DNA from: Antedon mediterranea | Taxonomy: Eukaryota > Animalia > Echinodermata | DNA: 64,000 nucleotides | NCBI RefSeq assembly: GCF_964355755.1 | Contig: NC_092674.1 | Coordinates: 25,606,001 to 25,670,000, forward strand | Direction: 5' to 3' | Part shown: positions 37,001-48,684 of the stretch, piece after piece | Numbering within the stretch: position 1 is the first letter of the stretch | How the letters are laid out: each line of letters starts with the position of its first letter | The notes under the pieces: generated by a model | What the model saw: only the letters and a program-made list of their open reading frames with translations | What the model was told of the DNA's origin: nothing | Databases searched by the model: none | Program-made: the position numbers and the translations under genes

Positions 37001-40000
37001 GTACTTAAGCTTGGTTCCCACTAGGACGCGATGCAGCAACTTAGGTGCAATGTAAGCCAGGTAACCAATGACAAGTTTGTCATTGGACCAATTACTTGCG
37101 TTGCTCTTATGTTCTAGTGGGAACTAAGCCTAAGTTACATATGCATTGTACAGTCTGTACACATGATTCCATCAATTCAAAGACTCTTATAAAGCAGGTA
37201 TGTTTTTATTAATTTTAAAAAGGTCATTAGGGAGGTTTCGAAACCTTACGAATACGATAACGAAAACGGATACATCACACATTTGTGAAACTTTTGAGCT
37301 GATCCCCATTTCATATTCGTAAAGCGTATTCGTGTTGACGAATATCACCAGTCATATTCGTAACTACAAAACGAGTATAGTTTTTGAGCTATGTTGCACA
37401 TTTTGCATTTAAATCAGGAATGATTCATGATTATAATATAATTATACTTTTATTTAAAGTAATTTACTAAAGTAATTCACTAAAATACCAGGTCAATTTT
37501 GATAAATAGCAATTTTTAAAGTCCTTACTCGCTTTGATGTTACGCTGGGCCTAGGCAGCCAAGCATCAAGCAACACGTACCCGCGCTTCGCTCAAATTTA
37601 CCGCAGTCATAATTTTGGACGGCACCCTCAATATTTCGTTGCCATGCGAAACAGATTTTTACTGGCTTGCGAAAAACGAAGAGTGTGTGACGTATCCGTT
37701 TTCGTATTCGTAAGATTGCGAAACCTCCATATTAATGAAAAAATAACTACTATATATTTACTGTTTGAGTTTTTCTATATTCTTCTAGTATATTTAATGA
37801 CTGAGTATAGTCCTTCAGTAAATGATGTGCAATGGCGTATCCTATCCAGGAGGCTCGTTGTACTGGTCTTAGTTGCAGTAACTGGTACCGTGTATCCTGC
37901 AAAAAAAACAACCCCCCCCAATCATAAAAACAGACTATCATAAAAACGCACATTTAAATGCGATCGTCAGTGGCAGATCCAGGAATTTAATCAGTTTTTT
38001 TTTTAATTGTAAATTATTCAGTGAGCTTTCTTTTATATAGTAATATTATATAGTAATAATTTCTTTAATATACATTTTAGAATTTTAAATGTTTAAAAAT
38101 GTACTCATATTATTTCCATTTTAATTGGCAAATAAAAATTGAATCTTGAGCTGATTTTAATCCAATATTTTTCTAAGTTTCAGTTAGACAATTATTTTTG
38201 TAAATTTGAATAATGTCATTTCTATAAGGGTTGAATCTTGGTTTTGTAACCTCTTACAAAACTGGATTGTTCTTACAGAAATGTCACCTTCTTAAAAAAC
38301 CATTGAGACCGGCTTATGGAACCGGTGTTTGGGAGAGTTGGCTGTAGCAATAAGTGGCTAGCTACTTACTCTGTAGCCCTCCAGGTCCCTCATCTGAATC
38401 TGTAGCAGTGAAAGATCTCTCAGAATTTGAAGATTATCCTGTCAACCAAAAACAAAGCAACAGTTTAAAAAAAAAAAAAACATTATTATGTAAACAGGAA
38501 AACAATACAGAAAATACAAAGACAGATAAATAGCATAAAAGCTACATCAACAATTATGTGAACCTCCAACTGCTAATTACTAACTGTATAAACAAATTCC
38601 TAAATGGATATGTTGTGTATAAAAAATTAAAATATATTTAAATTCATATTAATATCCAAATTTATTTATTACAGTAAAAACAATGGCATCAACTAAAGCT
38701 ACATTAAAACTAGTTACACTATCAAACAAGTTTGACAAAAAAGTGTGATGTGCCCAAGTACGGTAGTTATATACACAAATATGGTAGTTATATACCCAAA
38801 TATGGTAGTGGTATGACATCATCATGTCCATATATGGGCACATCACATTTAATTGTCGCACAAAGTTTGAAAGTGTAGACAGAGCTTAACTCACTCAAGT
38901 GTAAATGTAGATTAAGGAATAATTAAATAGAAAGCATGGATTTCTTTCCATCCTGTAATTGTCGCATTGTTTCACATGCTTTCTGTGCCCCAAATAAAAA
39001 AACAAGTAATTAGTGTTACCTTATCCCACTTTAAGGCGTTCCTATAGCACTTGATGGCATCATCATACTTGCGATCAGATCTTTGAAGAAGTCCATAGAC
39101 ATGCCAACCTAAAGAAGACTGCTAAGGAAAGCTTTCAAATATTCATTGAAAAAAAAAACAGCTTTACGAGAAAATCACTGGACAGTTGTTACCCATCATT
39201 AAGGTTTAGTGGCAATGACAGCGTAGGCCCAGTGTTCTCACGAAGCAGGTTTAGGCAGCAACATTTCCCCAGACTATATTGGCTTCAATCGGTATTAAAA
39301 ACACTTTTCTATGAGTGGTAGGTTAGATTCTATGCAAGTGGTATAACCAAACAGCATCAGTATCCTATAAATTCTGTAATTCTCACAAGAGCAATTATTA
39401 TTATTATTAAGTTTTCTGTCGGGGTTTACCCCTAGCCTTTACTTTTCCAGAGGCACCCACAAGCAGTAGCGTAACAGCTATGCTCACTGACTAAACGGAG
39501 GGGCCCTGGAGCTTATGGGGGCCCATGAATTGTGCACAGAGGAAAAAACAGGCATTAAAATATATGTTAGAACTTGCAGGGCCAGTTAGGTTTCCTAAAC
39601 TAGGGGCCTCAGGCCTCTGCATTATGCCACTGACCACAAGGTATATTTTCCTCATAGCTGGGCATCTCTGTTTCATATGCACCAGGTATAGAGTTATTAA
39701 TGACAAGTGATTGGTTAAATATAGGCAAGGATACACACATGGCTCTTCAGATCATTTCTAAGACCTCTCCGAACGAGGTCGTACGCTTCTTCCTTCCGAC
39801 CCAAACAATTCAACGTCAATCCTTTCATTGCAAGAGTTTCTACAGATATCAAAATAAAATCATTGATTAAAAATTAACAGAAAGCAAATTTGCTTTCAAA
39901 TGGTGCAAAGGAGGAGTCATACATTATGGTACTACCTTAGTAATGTTATAAATATATATATTTTAATGAACAAACTAGCTAGATAAAACAGTATTTAAAA

Positions 40001-42568
40001 AGGCTTGATTAGGCTGATTTTGCTATTTTATTAACTTGTAGTAACCTTTACATGGTAGTCATTATATGCACTTTAGGTAAAGAAAAAGTTTGGCTAACTT
40101 TGCCTTAAATACAAAAATTCACTCCACTTCAACAGTAATATTGTTTTATTCTCATTTTACTGTAGGCAAATTGCCAAGGATAACCACAAGTGAATCCATT
40201 CACTTCTCAAAGGTGGTAATCCCGTTTACAAGACTAACATATACACAAGATGCTCTACATAAACTTATTACAAGTTTTTGGGAGTGGAGTTGCAAATTGT
40301 CATTAGAAAAAAACCATGGTATCACTTACAGTACTTTTAATAGGGATACCGAGAGCTGACTCCATTTTCATTACCACGATTAAACAGCGCGCACGTTACT
40401 ATGCGCGCAATGTCATTGACGCGGTGTTTTTTTACTTTGGTAAACACTTTTTATTAGGTAATTGTTCTGAAAATAAATAAATTATAAATATATCCTTTTG
40501 AGTATATATTTATTTACCTATTATTCTATAAGATCAAGTATTTTTTATTTCCATTTCATTCAACCAAAAATGTGAATATAGTGGTTAAAAGATCGTTATC
40601 GCCTAGCGCGTATAGCTTTTGTTTACTACGAAACCCTCGGAAGGCTCAATGACCTACCATTTCAACCTTATTTTTGTAGTTGAGCCTCTTATGACCTCAA
40701 AATGTTTTTTATTCCTACACCAAGATAATATAGTTCCACATACCATGTGCTTGTTACTAAGAAAAATATTAATTTTAACTGCTAAAAAAACAATTTTATC
40801 CCGATATGAGGCCTTTATGATTCGAATATTTCATAGTAACAACCCATATACCATAAAAAATATCCGTTTAGTCCATTTTTTAAATAATTTTTGAAAAATT
40901 CCGAGGGGCTCAACTACAAAAACGCCATTTTATGGTATGATGTCATCGCAAGCCAATCAAACCTCCGCTCCGCAAGTCTCACGGTTGAACGATTTTGGAT
41001 TCTCGCCCTTTGATTGGTTGACGCCATTCAACACACAGCGGAATAATTTTCTCGCGAGTGCCGTGAAGTCACATGGTGTCAGGCCTGTCCAATTACACAG
41101 GAAAATAATGCATTGAAATTCTTCGAACGAGGTTAAATAAACACTCTTTTTTATACAATAAATAAGTAATATCATATTTTATTGAATTTTACAATGTTGA
41201 TATATAAAATATGTTACTTAAAATCGTGATTTTATATAATTATTTTTACGAAAAATGACTAGTTCATACAATTGTCGACTGAGGGCGCAATTTGTTTATA
41301 TCGTTCGTGGCTAAAAACGATCATTTTCGGCGATGTTTTAAACCCTATATTTCGAAAAGTACAAGTCATATTTTCATAATTCTTTCTTTATTATAATATT
41401 GATACAAAATACTAACAGGCAATGTATAATTTGTTTGAAAAATATTAACTTTTAATTTTACATCGTTATCCCTACTTTTAACATAACATCTTACCTCCAT
41501 GTTCTGCAAACTTTGGATTGCCCAATATTTGCTTGGAGTACTTCAAACCAATTTTGTATTGCTTGTGTTCGTAACATTTCTAAACATCAGAATAAACAAA
41601 ATACACTTGCTACTTCTAAGATCAAACCTTTCAATTTTAGTGAAAAAAAAATGTGCTGTGCAATTTGGGCACTTGATCCGGTCGCACTACTTCGGCAACC
41701 TTAGCCCATCATAGCGAGAGAATCGCAGGCTACCTAGGGCTATGCCTAATTTTGCTGTCTAAATTTGTCGTTTCTCTAATTAAAACATGAATCATTTTAT
41801 TCTTTATATTTATAACAATTCATTCTGTTAAGATTAATAATATTATTTGCATTAAATATATGCAAAATATTATTAGAGATTATCAAGCTTTCCTTTTCTT
41901 TATCAAATACTTTGCTCTGTTTGTAATTTTCTGCCCAATTTCAATTGAGTAACTTTGATTATAATTATTGAGCAAGGAAATCCATGCACAATTTTGGATT
42001 TCAAATTGCACAAACCATTTAAATTGTGAATAACATAGGCATAAGACGTATTTTGAAACAGTGCAAGGTATTTTTCTACAATTATGGCAGTAAACCCAGT
42101 CATAAGTTACAGGGCTATTAAATTGTCAATTGATCGTGCACCGTTTTATTTATAAATTATATTATTTATTTTGCTTTAACATAAAAAACATTATTTTCTG
42201 AAAAATTAAACATTGCATTGTTGTGAAGAAGATAGCCTAGCCTACTAGGCCTAGCCTAGCTAGGTGGTGTTTAATCACCATTACAAGTGATTTACAAAAT
42301 TAATATTATTAGTTTAGGTTTAGTATTCACCGCCACTGAGAAACGGCTAGGCCTAGGCTAGCCGGTTTCCGTCTCATATTCTTTTTTTTCAATGCTGATA
42401 ACCGGGTTCCCCCACCCAATCCGTGCGATCTCCACAAAAATTACCACACACAACCAAACGAGGTGTGTGTTCTCAATACCTATTCAAACATATAAATGTC
42501 AGTTAACTTACCAAAATTCGTTTAAATAAACTATTTTCTTTTGATGGTAGAGGTTGTGAGCTTGGCAT
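28027..42568 (-). CDS. NAA15: N-alpha-acetyltransferase 15/16, NatA auxiliary subunit (19 coding exons, ~873 aa)
   Basis: GT-AG exons: 42512-42568, 41495-41579, 39735-39839, 39020-39108, 38370-38438, 37762-37896, 36624-36774, 35950-36165, 35206-35385, 34063-34235, 33427-33579, 32713-32841, 32054-32203, 30696-30929, 29953-30061, 29614-29712, 29065-29208, 28751-28848, 28027-28272 (sum 2622 nt). Recognised peptides: [87 protein letters not shown]. Confidence 0.95.
28410..28705. repeat. Degenerate ~20-bp minisatellite in the last NAA15 intron
   Basis: gtcaagagttgttaacctg-like units in two runs. Confidence 0.7.
30370..30630 (+). mobile_element. tRNA-derived SINE (MetaSINE-like central domain), 5'-truncated
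   Basis: B-box-like GTTCGAGCC, then tctcggataaggac...gcactttaaagaacc and an A-rich end. A related tail is inverted at ~55425-55475. Family assignment is from memory. Confidence 0.55.
31495..31642 (+). mobile_element. SINE fragment (CORE-like) with (ATT)n tail; related copy at ~46005-46175
   Basis: cccaggtgtataaatgggtac...tcaagaca...tgtgcaataa and a tattatt tail are shared by both sites. Confidence 0.6.
32337..32588 (+). mobile_element. LINE 3' UTR fragment, same family as 22343-22881
   Basis: Near-identical reverse complement of ~22350-22590; AATAAA and (ATTGA)n tail. Confidence 0.85.
35746..35882. mobile_element. PIF/Harbinger-like MITE family A; other copies at ~25656-25796, 38714-38886, 53328-53456, 58709-58842 and 63200-63312, with ends at 32638 and 48876
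   Basis: TIR (A/G)GCTCTGTCTACACTATCAAACT, TTA/TAA flanks, and internal gtgcccaaatatggtagtgatat...gggcacatcac. Confidence 0.8.
37008..37130. mobile_element. Short Harbinger-like MITE
   Basis: agcttggttcccactag ... ctagtgggaactaagcc with TTA/TAA flanks. Confidence 0.7.
37230..37728. mobile_element. ~500-bp MITE, unclassified
   Basis: Long imperfect TIR ggaggtttcgaaaccttacgaatacga ... tcgtattcgtaagattgcgaaacctcc. Confidence 0.75.
40341..41477. mobile_element. ~1.1-kb TTAA-flanked non-autonomous DNA element in NAA15 intron 2
   Basis: ttaa|tagggataccga ... tcgttatccctactt|ttaa. Internal inverted repeat tttttgtagttgagcc (~40670) / ggctcaactacaaaaa (~40906). CpG-richer than the flanks. Confidence 0.55.
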
Positions 42569-43062
42569 TATAATTTCGTTGGTAAAAGAATGCCTTCTAA
42601 TACCAATTCCAAAAGGAATTTTCCTTCGGCAAAAACCTCGTGGATATCCAAACGAGCCAAAATGGCCGACGGAAACAACGCATGCGTGTTGCTAATGTTG
42701 GAACATGATCGAAAAAATGTATTTAAGATCTATAAAAATCGTAAACGTATTTAATATCCTAGGCCTAATTACAAGATATTAATTTGGACACGCAATATTA
42801 TTTTAATTAAAGTGGAAATTAAGTTACAAAAAACGTATATTTTTAGAATTTAACGCTTCAGTGAGTCCACCACCACCACACACACATACTCGCGAGTCGT
42901 CGCGCGCGAACAGCAGTATCACTTTTTTCAAGTCACTTGACTTGTTCGGAAGCGCTTGGCTTGAGAGGTAGACTGTTAAAATCCTTGTTTATAACTTACT
43001 TTTTAGGGTATAATCCTAACAACAATGTAATTTCACTTATTCTTGACCTAATTAACATTGAA
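42569..43062. promoter_or_regulatory. Divergent (bidirectional) promoter region of NAA15 and LAMTOR1
   Basis: 494 bp between opposite start codons. YY1-like AAAATGGCCG at ~42659, NRF1-like CGCATGCG at 42680, and CpG-rich palindrome ACTCGCGAGT at ~42888. Confidence 0.75.
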
Positions 43063-45336
43063 ATGGGTTGTTGTTTCGATAAAGCGAAAGATGAAGGAGC
43101 CCAGGTAAGTTTTAAGTAATTGTTATTATGAACGTCGTAGCATTGATGACTTGTGGTCACATGATTCTCACCGCACTGGATCCCAAAGAATCGCCGGTTG
43201 AACAGGCTGTGAGAGAGCTAAGCCTAGCCTAGCGCATAATATTGATTACAAATGTACAAAAACAGAAATAATACTAGGCCTAGGCCCTAGTCATATTCAA
43301 ACATAAATATTTCAATTTCATAACATACTTTTGTTAATAATTTAGTCTCAATTAATAATTAGCTTTATTTAAAAATAAGTTAACACCTTTAACTTTTTTT
43401 TAAAACACAGACTCGGACGGAATCAGAGAGACAAATTATATTTCAATTTTTTTTTTTTTTTTCAATCCAGGATGAACCTGGAGAACGAAGCAGCCTTTTG
43501 CGAAATCCGGTTGGCAATACTCCACATCGCCCGATAACAAGGTACAGCCTTCCGTGACATTATTTATAATAATATTAATATTTAAAGATTGTAGGCCTAT
43601 TTATCAAAGAGCTCTTCTCTAATGATTTCAGATATCTCCAGTATTACCTAAATTTATGAACAATTATGCTTCCAAGTTTCTTTTGATTTTGCAACCTTTT
43701 CCTGATGCACCAATACACTGTAGCTGTCGAGTAAAAAATTCTATGCATACTCCTCATGCTTTTAGTACTAATTTTTCATAAAGATTACTGAAAATAATTA
43801 TATTATCAAATTGACAAATACAATGTTTTTGTACCTATTTGTATCCAAATGTTTTTTTTTCCATTCTTGCAGTGATAATTTTCCAAATCACACACCACCA
43901 TCTATCAGCAAAGGCGATGAACAGTCAGCACTTACTAGAATACTTAACCAAGCAGCGAGGTATGATTTTGAATGTGTTAAATTATTGCATGCTAAAAGTA
44001 ACAAAATACTAATAGCCAAAGTAACTACAAAAATGGCACGATTTTAAAAACTAAGGAGATATTGTTTAGTCAACTGTGCAATTAATATTTGTTATTGTCA
44101 AATTCATTGCTTACTATCGGTATGGTCTATCGGCACACCCAGCTGACCATACCGATAACAATTTTAAATGCATGGTTAAATTTCCTATTTTAAACAATAT
44201 TTCTATGTATGGATAAATAAAATAATATTCCAAAATATACTCGATGGCTAAAGTCTATGAAATGGTCTCTTCCAACTGAAAACAGCACTACTGTACATAA
44301 CAAAACAAAGCTTTTTATTTTCCTGAGAATTCCATCTGAAAAAGTATAAAATTGCATAAATGTTTATTGTATGTAAATGATTTTATTTTCCCACAGTAAT
44401 ATAATTGATGTATCTGCTATAGATTCACCTTCAATGGAAACACATGAATATATGGATAAAGCAAGACATTATAGGTAAAAATAGGCATTAGGCTTATACA
44501 TACTTAATATTATAATACATATTCGTTTACTGTTTTGAGCACAGGAGATCTACAGTAGCCCACTGTTTTAATGCAAGCAGGTAGTGGGACTAGATCATTG
44601 AAAATGACCAGTGGAATACACAGCTACTGACATTTTTTTTTTCAATAAAAAAAAAATATGCATGATAAATTCCTTAAACTGTAGCATTTGTTTTTAGTTC
44701 CAGATTAGCTGTGGTTGGCAGCGGTCCAAAGAAAGCATATACTACAAAAGTTGCATTACCAAATAGTGTAGGAGTTCCACATTCAATTTTATCAACAGAT
44801 CCTATTACATTAGCAGATATTGATATGGTAAGCCAATGGACTTCATTGATTTACTTGTTTTCTACATTTTTTCCCCTATGGCGATTTGGTTCCTAAATCC
44901 TGATCTTCTTTTATGCCGATTCGGTTCCTAAATCCTGCTCTTCTAATAAGCCGATTCGGTTCCTAAATCCTGATCATCTTTTAAGCCGATTCAGTTCCCA
45001 ATTCCTGCTCTGTTTGTTGTATTTTATAATGTGTTTAATCTGTGTTATTGTGATGTTTATATGCAGGGTGAAGAATGTAGTTCACCATTTAGGGAAAGTG
45101 CAAGGTACCTGGGAATCAGGTCCCTGGGAATCACATCCAGGGTTCACACACTTTAGTGAAACTCCAATCTAAAACAACCTGTTAAAACAACTACATTTAA
45201 TTCATTTGTCAAACTATTATCCTCCTTCTGTTTCTTGTAGATTTCCGAAGCTGTTAAAATGGCATCTGAAGCAGTAAACAATGTAAAAATAGAACATAAA
45301 GAAGATTTAGTTGTACAGTTTGCACTACCCAGTTAA
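43063..45336 (+). CDS. LAMTOR1: Ragulator complex protein LAMTOR1 (p18), 6 exons, 167 aa
   Basis: Exons 43063-43104, 43471-43541, 43873-43959, 44397-44474, 44698-44827, 45241-45336 (504 nt). MGCC lipidation motif, ERSSLL dileucine motif, DEQSALTRIL, NIIDVSA, HEYMDKARHYS, KEDLVVQF. Candidate polyA signal AATAAA at 46441. Confidence 0.93.
44880..45010. repeat. ~36-bp tandem repeat (about 4 copies) in LAMTOR1 intron 5
   Basis: gccgattcggttcctaaatcctg(a/c)tcttct units. Confidence 0.8.
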
Positions 45337-48048
45337 AATGCATACACTTATCAAAAAATTATTGGAAATGTTGATCAAAGGTCTCGTGCATTCACCGATA
45401 ACACAAACGGTAACACAACTTGTGAGCAATAATTTGTTCATAAACGCAGGTGGACTTTTACGGTAATAATAAATGCAAATTTATGCAGTAGAATCGCGAT
45501 CAAATATGGTATGGCACATCAATTTGGAAAGGGTCCATTTGCCACAAATGTCTGGGTGCAATTATTATCTGTAACCAGCAACTGGGTCAATTCTGATGAG
45601 GTCAACTCTTATGAATTTATTTAGACAAAAAATGAATAAAGTTGTTTCCATTTGATGTAAATACATTTACAAATTTAATTAGTTTATGCTCTTTTTCTCA
45701 CCTATATCTTGCGTAATGGATGTTCATTATGTTCAACTACAATCTTTTGAAATGTAACCAGAATCACCTAGTTAGTATTAAGTATATACTGATTAAACTT
45801 ATGCATGATTAAAAAATATTAGAATATAGTATATTAATAAATTTGCCATAAAAAATGTAATTTGCTGCATTTTTTTGTGCAGTGGAAAGGTCATGTGCTA
45901 TGTTTTAAGAGTTGAATAACAACCTTACTAATATAGCTCCTTTCACAATGTAGTATTAAAGGCGAGTGACACAGTTTCGTTCGTTTTGATCTAACTCTTG
46001 CAACTTAGGCAAAACACTTTACTTATGTTTGCCTCTCTCCACCCAAGTGTATAATTGGGTACCGGTTAGATCAAGACACAACTTGTTTCCATCGTGTTTG
46101 ATTCAAAAAATGTCTGGGGTGATAATGTGAAGCACTTGGATGCATTGTGCAATAACCACAAATATTATTATTTAATGGTGATGTGAAAAGGGTAGGATTC
46201 TTTTTCAACTCATACTATATGGCACCAACATATATTTGAGGGAAATGTATCTCTACCTGCAGTTTATGCCGTACAATTGACATTGGTATTCCAACCCCCG
46301 ATTAACATTATGATAGAAAATTCAACCAATGTTTCATATCATTTCTAATCATATTTTTGTAGATTTAACGGCAACACTAAAAATATGATAATGCCACATA
46401 AATATATCAGTATTTACTGTACTGTAGTTCCTTTTTGGGCAATAAAACATTTTGTATTTGTAAACAAGACTTGTTGTTTGAACTATTTGTTTAGTTTTGA
46501 AGTGTTCTACATGTTATATTCCGCAACTTTGCATGCGAAACAGCAAATTTTGGAATCTTAAAGTAGTCCCAAGAAACACAAAGAATGGACCAAACTGACT
46601 CGCAATAAGGATGGCTGTGGAGAACAGGGCCACATGGAAGACCCCCCAAACACCAAAGTAAGCAAGTATAGTAGCCCTGGCCAGTCATAGAACACTTACC
46701 TTCATTTTCACTTTTTACCTGTGCATATGTAAAGATGAGCACCAGAATTTGCTTGTCAGATACCAAACAATCGTATAAAAAAGTAAATAAATGTCATGTG
46801 CGATTTGTTGTAGCCATTATCAATACACCTGCATCAATCCAAACCATCGTATTAAACTAAGAAAAACAAATTTAAAAAACATTTTAATTTTTGAGAAAGC
46901 AAATAAACATTGTCTTTATAATTTACAATAACTTGCCTTTCATAAAATGGATCAGTCCAAAGAGACTTGATTGGCAGAATGTGGGTGGTAATCCTTTGGT
47001 TTCTGGACATTACTGATTGGTGTAGAGTCTTCTTGACATCAACATATTCCGCCATCTGATGATCAGGGTCTTCTTAACATCCGCACAAATCCTGCCATCT
47101 GATGATATCCACAACTCCGGAGAGCAAAACACCAAATAAAATTTGGCAGCTAATAAATCTCTTAAGTCCCTTTTTGTTTTTTTTTTTGCTTTCCAACTTT
47201 TTTTTTCAAACAATGAGTATGTCATGTTTTTTGATAATTTACAATTCATATTTTATTTTCATGTTTTATTATTTTTTTCTTATGGAAAGCTTGTATCTCT
47301 TTTCATACTCATTGATAGTATTATACTGTACTTAGTTATCGGACAATGAAACAAAATTTCATTAAAATACAAAATAATATGTACCTAGGGTAAACTTATT
47401 CAAAACATTCCTATCGTATTTATCCATGATGTACATTTCTAATATATGTACATTATAAAAATTTAATTAATATAAAATGCATAACCTGCATATTTATCAG
47501 AAAAAAAAAATTGAAATATTCACTGTTGAAATGTTTACAACAAATACATCCAAAAATACTGTGAAATATTATCATTCCACATCATCTACGAAAATTTAGA
47601 GTTTTGTCACCAATCTCAATGATGCGTGCAAAGCAAAAATTAAAGACCAGCTAAATATAACATTATCATTAATTAATAATAAACAATATACTCAGATATG
47701 TCGCAAACAACAAGTAAACGCGCAATTTGTTGTTAAATTAACTATGAACAGTGTTTCATTTATCCTTGCCTAAACATTACAAGTTTACCATAAACGTTCA
47801 ACGTCTGCATGCATTGTGTGAAATTACTGTTGATAAACAATTCTTCTGTTTCGAAATCCATGTGCAACCAGCATATTTTCCTAATATAGCCAAGGTCCAA
47901 TTGCTAATTCTTTATGATTGATAATCTGCTTTTCATTGAACATTTTACAGATTAGCAAAAGTTTGATTGTGAAAATAGAAATTTCATCAAACTTTTTAAG
48001 AAGCACACATTAATACTATGAGATTTCCAAAACAATGCAACATGTTAA

Positions 48049-48374
48049 AGCCGATTTTTCACTAGGCAAATTTAAAACCCCTACCCTTTCCACTACAAAA
48101 TTTAGCTGCGATTTTCATGTTCATCGCGTGTCTCCTGGGCTTTTTAATTCGCATAAGTACTCGTAAACACATCATAGCTAATTTTCTGAGCTCTGATTGG
48201 TTGCGCAATTTTTCGCTTCGCAAAAAGTAGAAACAATTCAAAAACTACCAATCCCACTGAAGCAAAAAACTCAAGGAACTAGAATTCATCGCAGATAGGA
48301 ATTTGGAAACAGGAATATGAATGCGTAAAGACGACGCTTGCGAGTGAAAACATTCGCCTAGTGGAAAATCAGCT
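48049..48374. mobile_element. Harbinger-like MITE downstream of the RBM26 stop codon
   Basis: taa|agccgatttttcactaggc ... gcctagtggaaaatcagct|taa. Confidence 0.75.
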
Positions 48375-48684
48375 TAACACAACTTCCAACATGAATGATA
48401 AGTGCACATGGACTACAAAACAGGAGAGTTATTTAAGGCGTTGATAAAATATCCATAATGCTTAAGGCATTATCGTGTGGATAAACCTAATGGTATCTTG
48501 ATGACCAATCAATCAAGTGCATGGAGTGATGTCATTGGCCATTTTGGCGCCATTTATCAGTATCACCTTAGTACATGAACAAAAAATATGTTGTTCAGAG
48601 TATTTAAAACAAAACATATTGTTATAAAATGGATAACAGTGATCCTTGTTATGTTAACTTCTTCTCCATCTATGGCTTTCCTAA

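Noticed and set aside
44115-44157. Perfect 13-bp stem in LAMTOR1 intron 3
   Set aside because: Single short hairpin without boxes or a second copy; most likely a MITE remnant.
47028-47110. CTGATGA motifs suggesting a C/D snoRNA
   Set aside because: Explained by a two-copy ~43-bp tandem repeat; it is not intronic and has no terminal stem.
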